Source of the DNA: Octopus bimaculoides | Lineage: Eukaryota | DNA length: 64,000 nucleotides | Direction: 5' to 3' | Assembly (NCBI RefSeq): GCF_001194135.2 | Contig: NC_068983.1 | Location: forward strand, 6,023,282 to 6,087,281 | In this document: in pieces, positions 62,195 through 64,000 of the stretch | How the letters are laid out: the number at the start of each line of letters is the position of its first letter | How positions within the stretch are numbered: position 1 is the stretch's first letter | The notes under the pieces: generated by a model | The model's database searches: none | Told to the model about the DNA's origin: nothing | What the model saw: the letters and a program-made list of their open reading frames with translations, nothing else | Made by a program: the position numbers and the translations under genes

Positions 62195-63706
62195 CTTTTT
62201 ATATTTTCTTCTTCTTTGCTTTCATATTTTTCTTTTTTTTTTTCCTTCTGTATTTCATATATGCATTCAATTTGTTGTTGTGAATATCTTCTTGATGTTG
62301 TTGATGTTACTGCTGCTGCTGTTGTTGTCGTTGTTGTTGTTGTTATTGTTTTCGTTTAGGTTTTTATTAATTCATTATTGAATTTTCTTTCGCATCATAC
62401 GTGCGCGAGTATAATATAATATATATGTGTGTATGTGTGTGTGTGTGTGNNNNNNNNNNGTAGTAGTAGTAGTAGTAGTAGTAGTAGTGATAGTGGTAGT
62501 GGTGGTGGTTGTTTTCGTTCAATAACTCTTTCCGTGTGTGCGTATACTTATATGCTAGAGAGAATGTGCATGTAGGTGTATGCATGTGAGTGTGTGTGTG
62601 TGTACAGGTGTGTGGGTGTGAGTGTGTGAACACGCACGCGCGCGCGTATTTGTCTATATAGAAAAATGGTGATTCTTGTTCCTGCTGTATTCAATTTTCA
62701 TCTTTTTTCTTTCTTTTGCTTTTTTTTCTTTTTACCATTTTTACCTATCAACGGAACTTTTCCTTTCTTATAATATATTTCTGTCTAAATTCTCCCGTTA
62801 ACTGCTGATTTTCATACGTATCCTGTAAGTTTTTTTTATTCTCTCATATTGTATGTATGTATCACACACATATATATATATATTTATATATATATATATA
62901 TATANNNNNNNNNNNNNNNNNNNNNNNNNNNNNNNNNNNNNNNNNNNNNNNNNNNNNNNNNNNNNNNNNNNNNNNNNNNNNNNNNNNNNNNNNNNNNNNN
63001 NNNNNNNNNNNNNNNNNNNNNNNNNNNNNNNNNNNNNNNNNNNNNNNNNNNNNNNNNNNNNNNNNNNNNNNNNNNNNNNNNNNNNNNNNNNNNNNNNNNN
63101 NNNNNNNNNNNNNNNNNNNNNNNNNNNNNNNNNNNNNNNNNNNNNNNNNNNNNNNNNNNNNNNNNNNNNNNNNNNNNNNNNNNNNNNNNNNNNNNNNNNN
63201 NNNNNNNNNNNNNNNNNNNNNNNNNNNNNNNNNNNNNNNNNNNNNNNNNNNNNNNNNNNNNNNNNNNNNNNNNNNNNNNNNNNNNNNNNNNNNNNNNNNN
63301 NNNNNNNNNNNNNNNNNNNNNNNNNNNNNNNNNNNNNNNNNNNNNNNNNNNNNNNNNNNNNNNNNNNNNNNNNNNNNNNNNNNNNNNNNNNNNNNNNNNN
63401 NNNNNNNNNNNNNNNNNNNNNNNNNNNNNNNNNNNNNNNNNNNNNNNNNNNNNNNNNNNNNNNNNNNNNNNNNNNNNNNNNNNNNNNNNNNNNNNNNNNN
63501 NNNNNNNNNNNNNNNNNNNNNNNNNNNNNNNNNNNNNNNNNNNNNNNNNNNNNNNNNNNNNNNNNNNNNNNNNNNNNNNNNNNNNNNNNNNNNNNNNNNN
63601 NNNNNNNNNNNNNNNNNNNNNNNNNNNNNNNNNNNNNNNNNNNNNNNNNNNNNNNNNNNNNNNNNNNNNNNNNNNNNNNNNNNGAGAGAGAGAGAGAGAG
63701 AGAGAG

Positions 63707-63778
<72 letters not shown>

Positions 63779-64000
63779 GTAACTACTATAACGACTGTAG
63801 GTACGTGTGGATGCGAGCCTTGTGCGTGTAAATATTAATGGTGTCGTCGGGAAAAGTAAGCATTTTGAAAATCGCACAGGAAATGTTTGTGGGAGAAGTT
63901 GCTGTATATGGGTGCAATAAATATATAAATACCTATGTGCATGAGTAAACTTTCCCGTTGCACCGGCTTCCATTTCCCAGAGCTTGGAACGGTGGCGTCG

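Noticed and set aside
63780-64000. Unique sequence at the window end with splice-like motifs (AAA|GTAAGC, TTTCCCAG|)
   Set aside because: It is too short and truncated by the window edge to support an exon call.

Overview
AT-rich eukaryotic genomic scaffold from a draft assembly, with roughly 11 kb of N gaps, most of them flanked by (TA)n. The dense microsatellites and tRNA-headed SINE families point to a cephalopod, probably Octopus. That assignment is inferred from repeat content. One convincing protein-coding region is present: a ~2.9-kb uninterrupted minus-strand ORF (ATG 15195 to stop 12316, 959 aa) with a nearby AATAAA. It encodes an unrecognised, very acidic Glu/Pro/Ile/Val-rich protein built on a 13-residue repeat, with Cys-rich ends. 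Most of the rest is repeat-derived: three SINE families (often stacked head-to-tail or nested), three decayed Tc1/mariner transposase fragments, several MITE or foldback elements, and simple repeats. The most unusual items are (i) the 13-mer-register protein, (ii) a foldback element enclosing a minimal type I hammerhead-ribozyme motif of the kind found in Penelope-like elements, plus a second hammerhead-like motif, and (iii) a small inverted-repeat element with a core of degenerate telomeric (CCCTAA)n. No CRISPR array, rRNA or bona fide tRNA gene is supported. Repeat coordinates were read by eye and are approximate.
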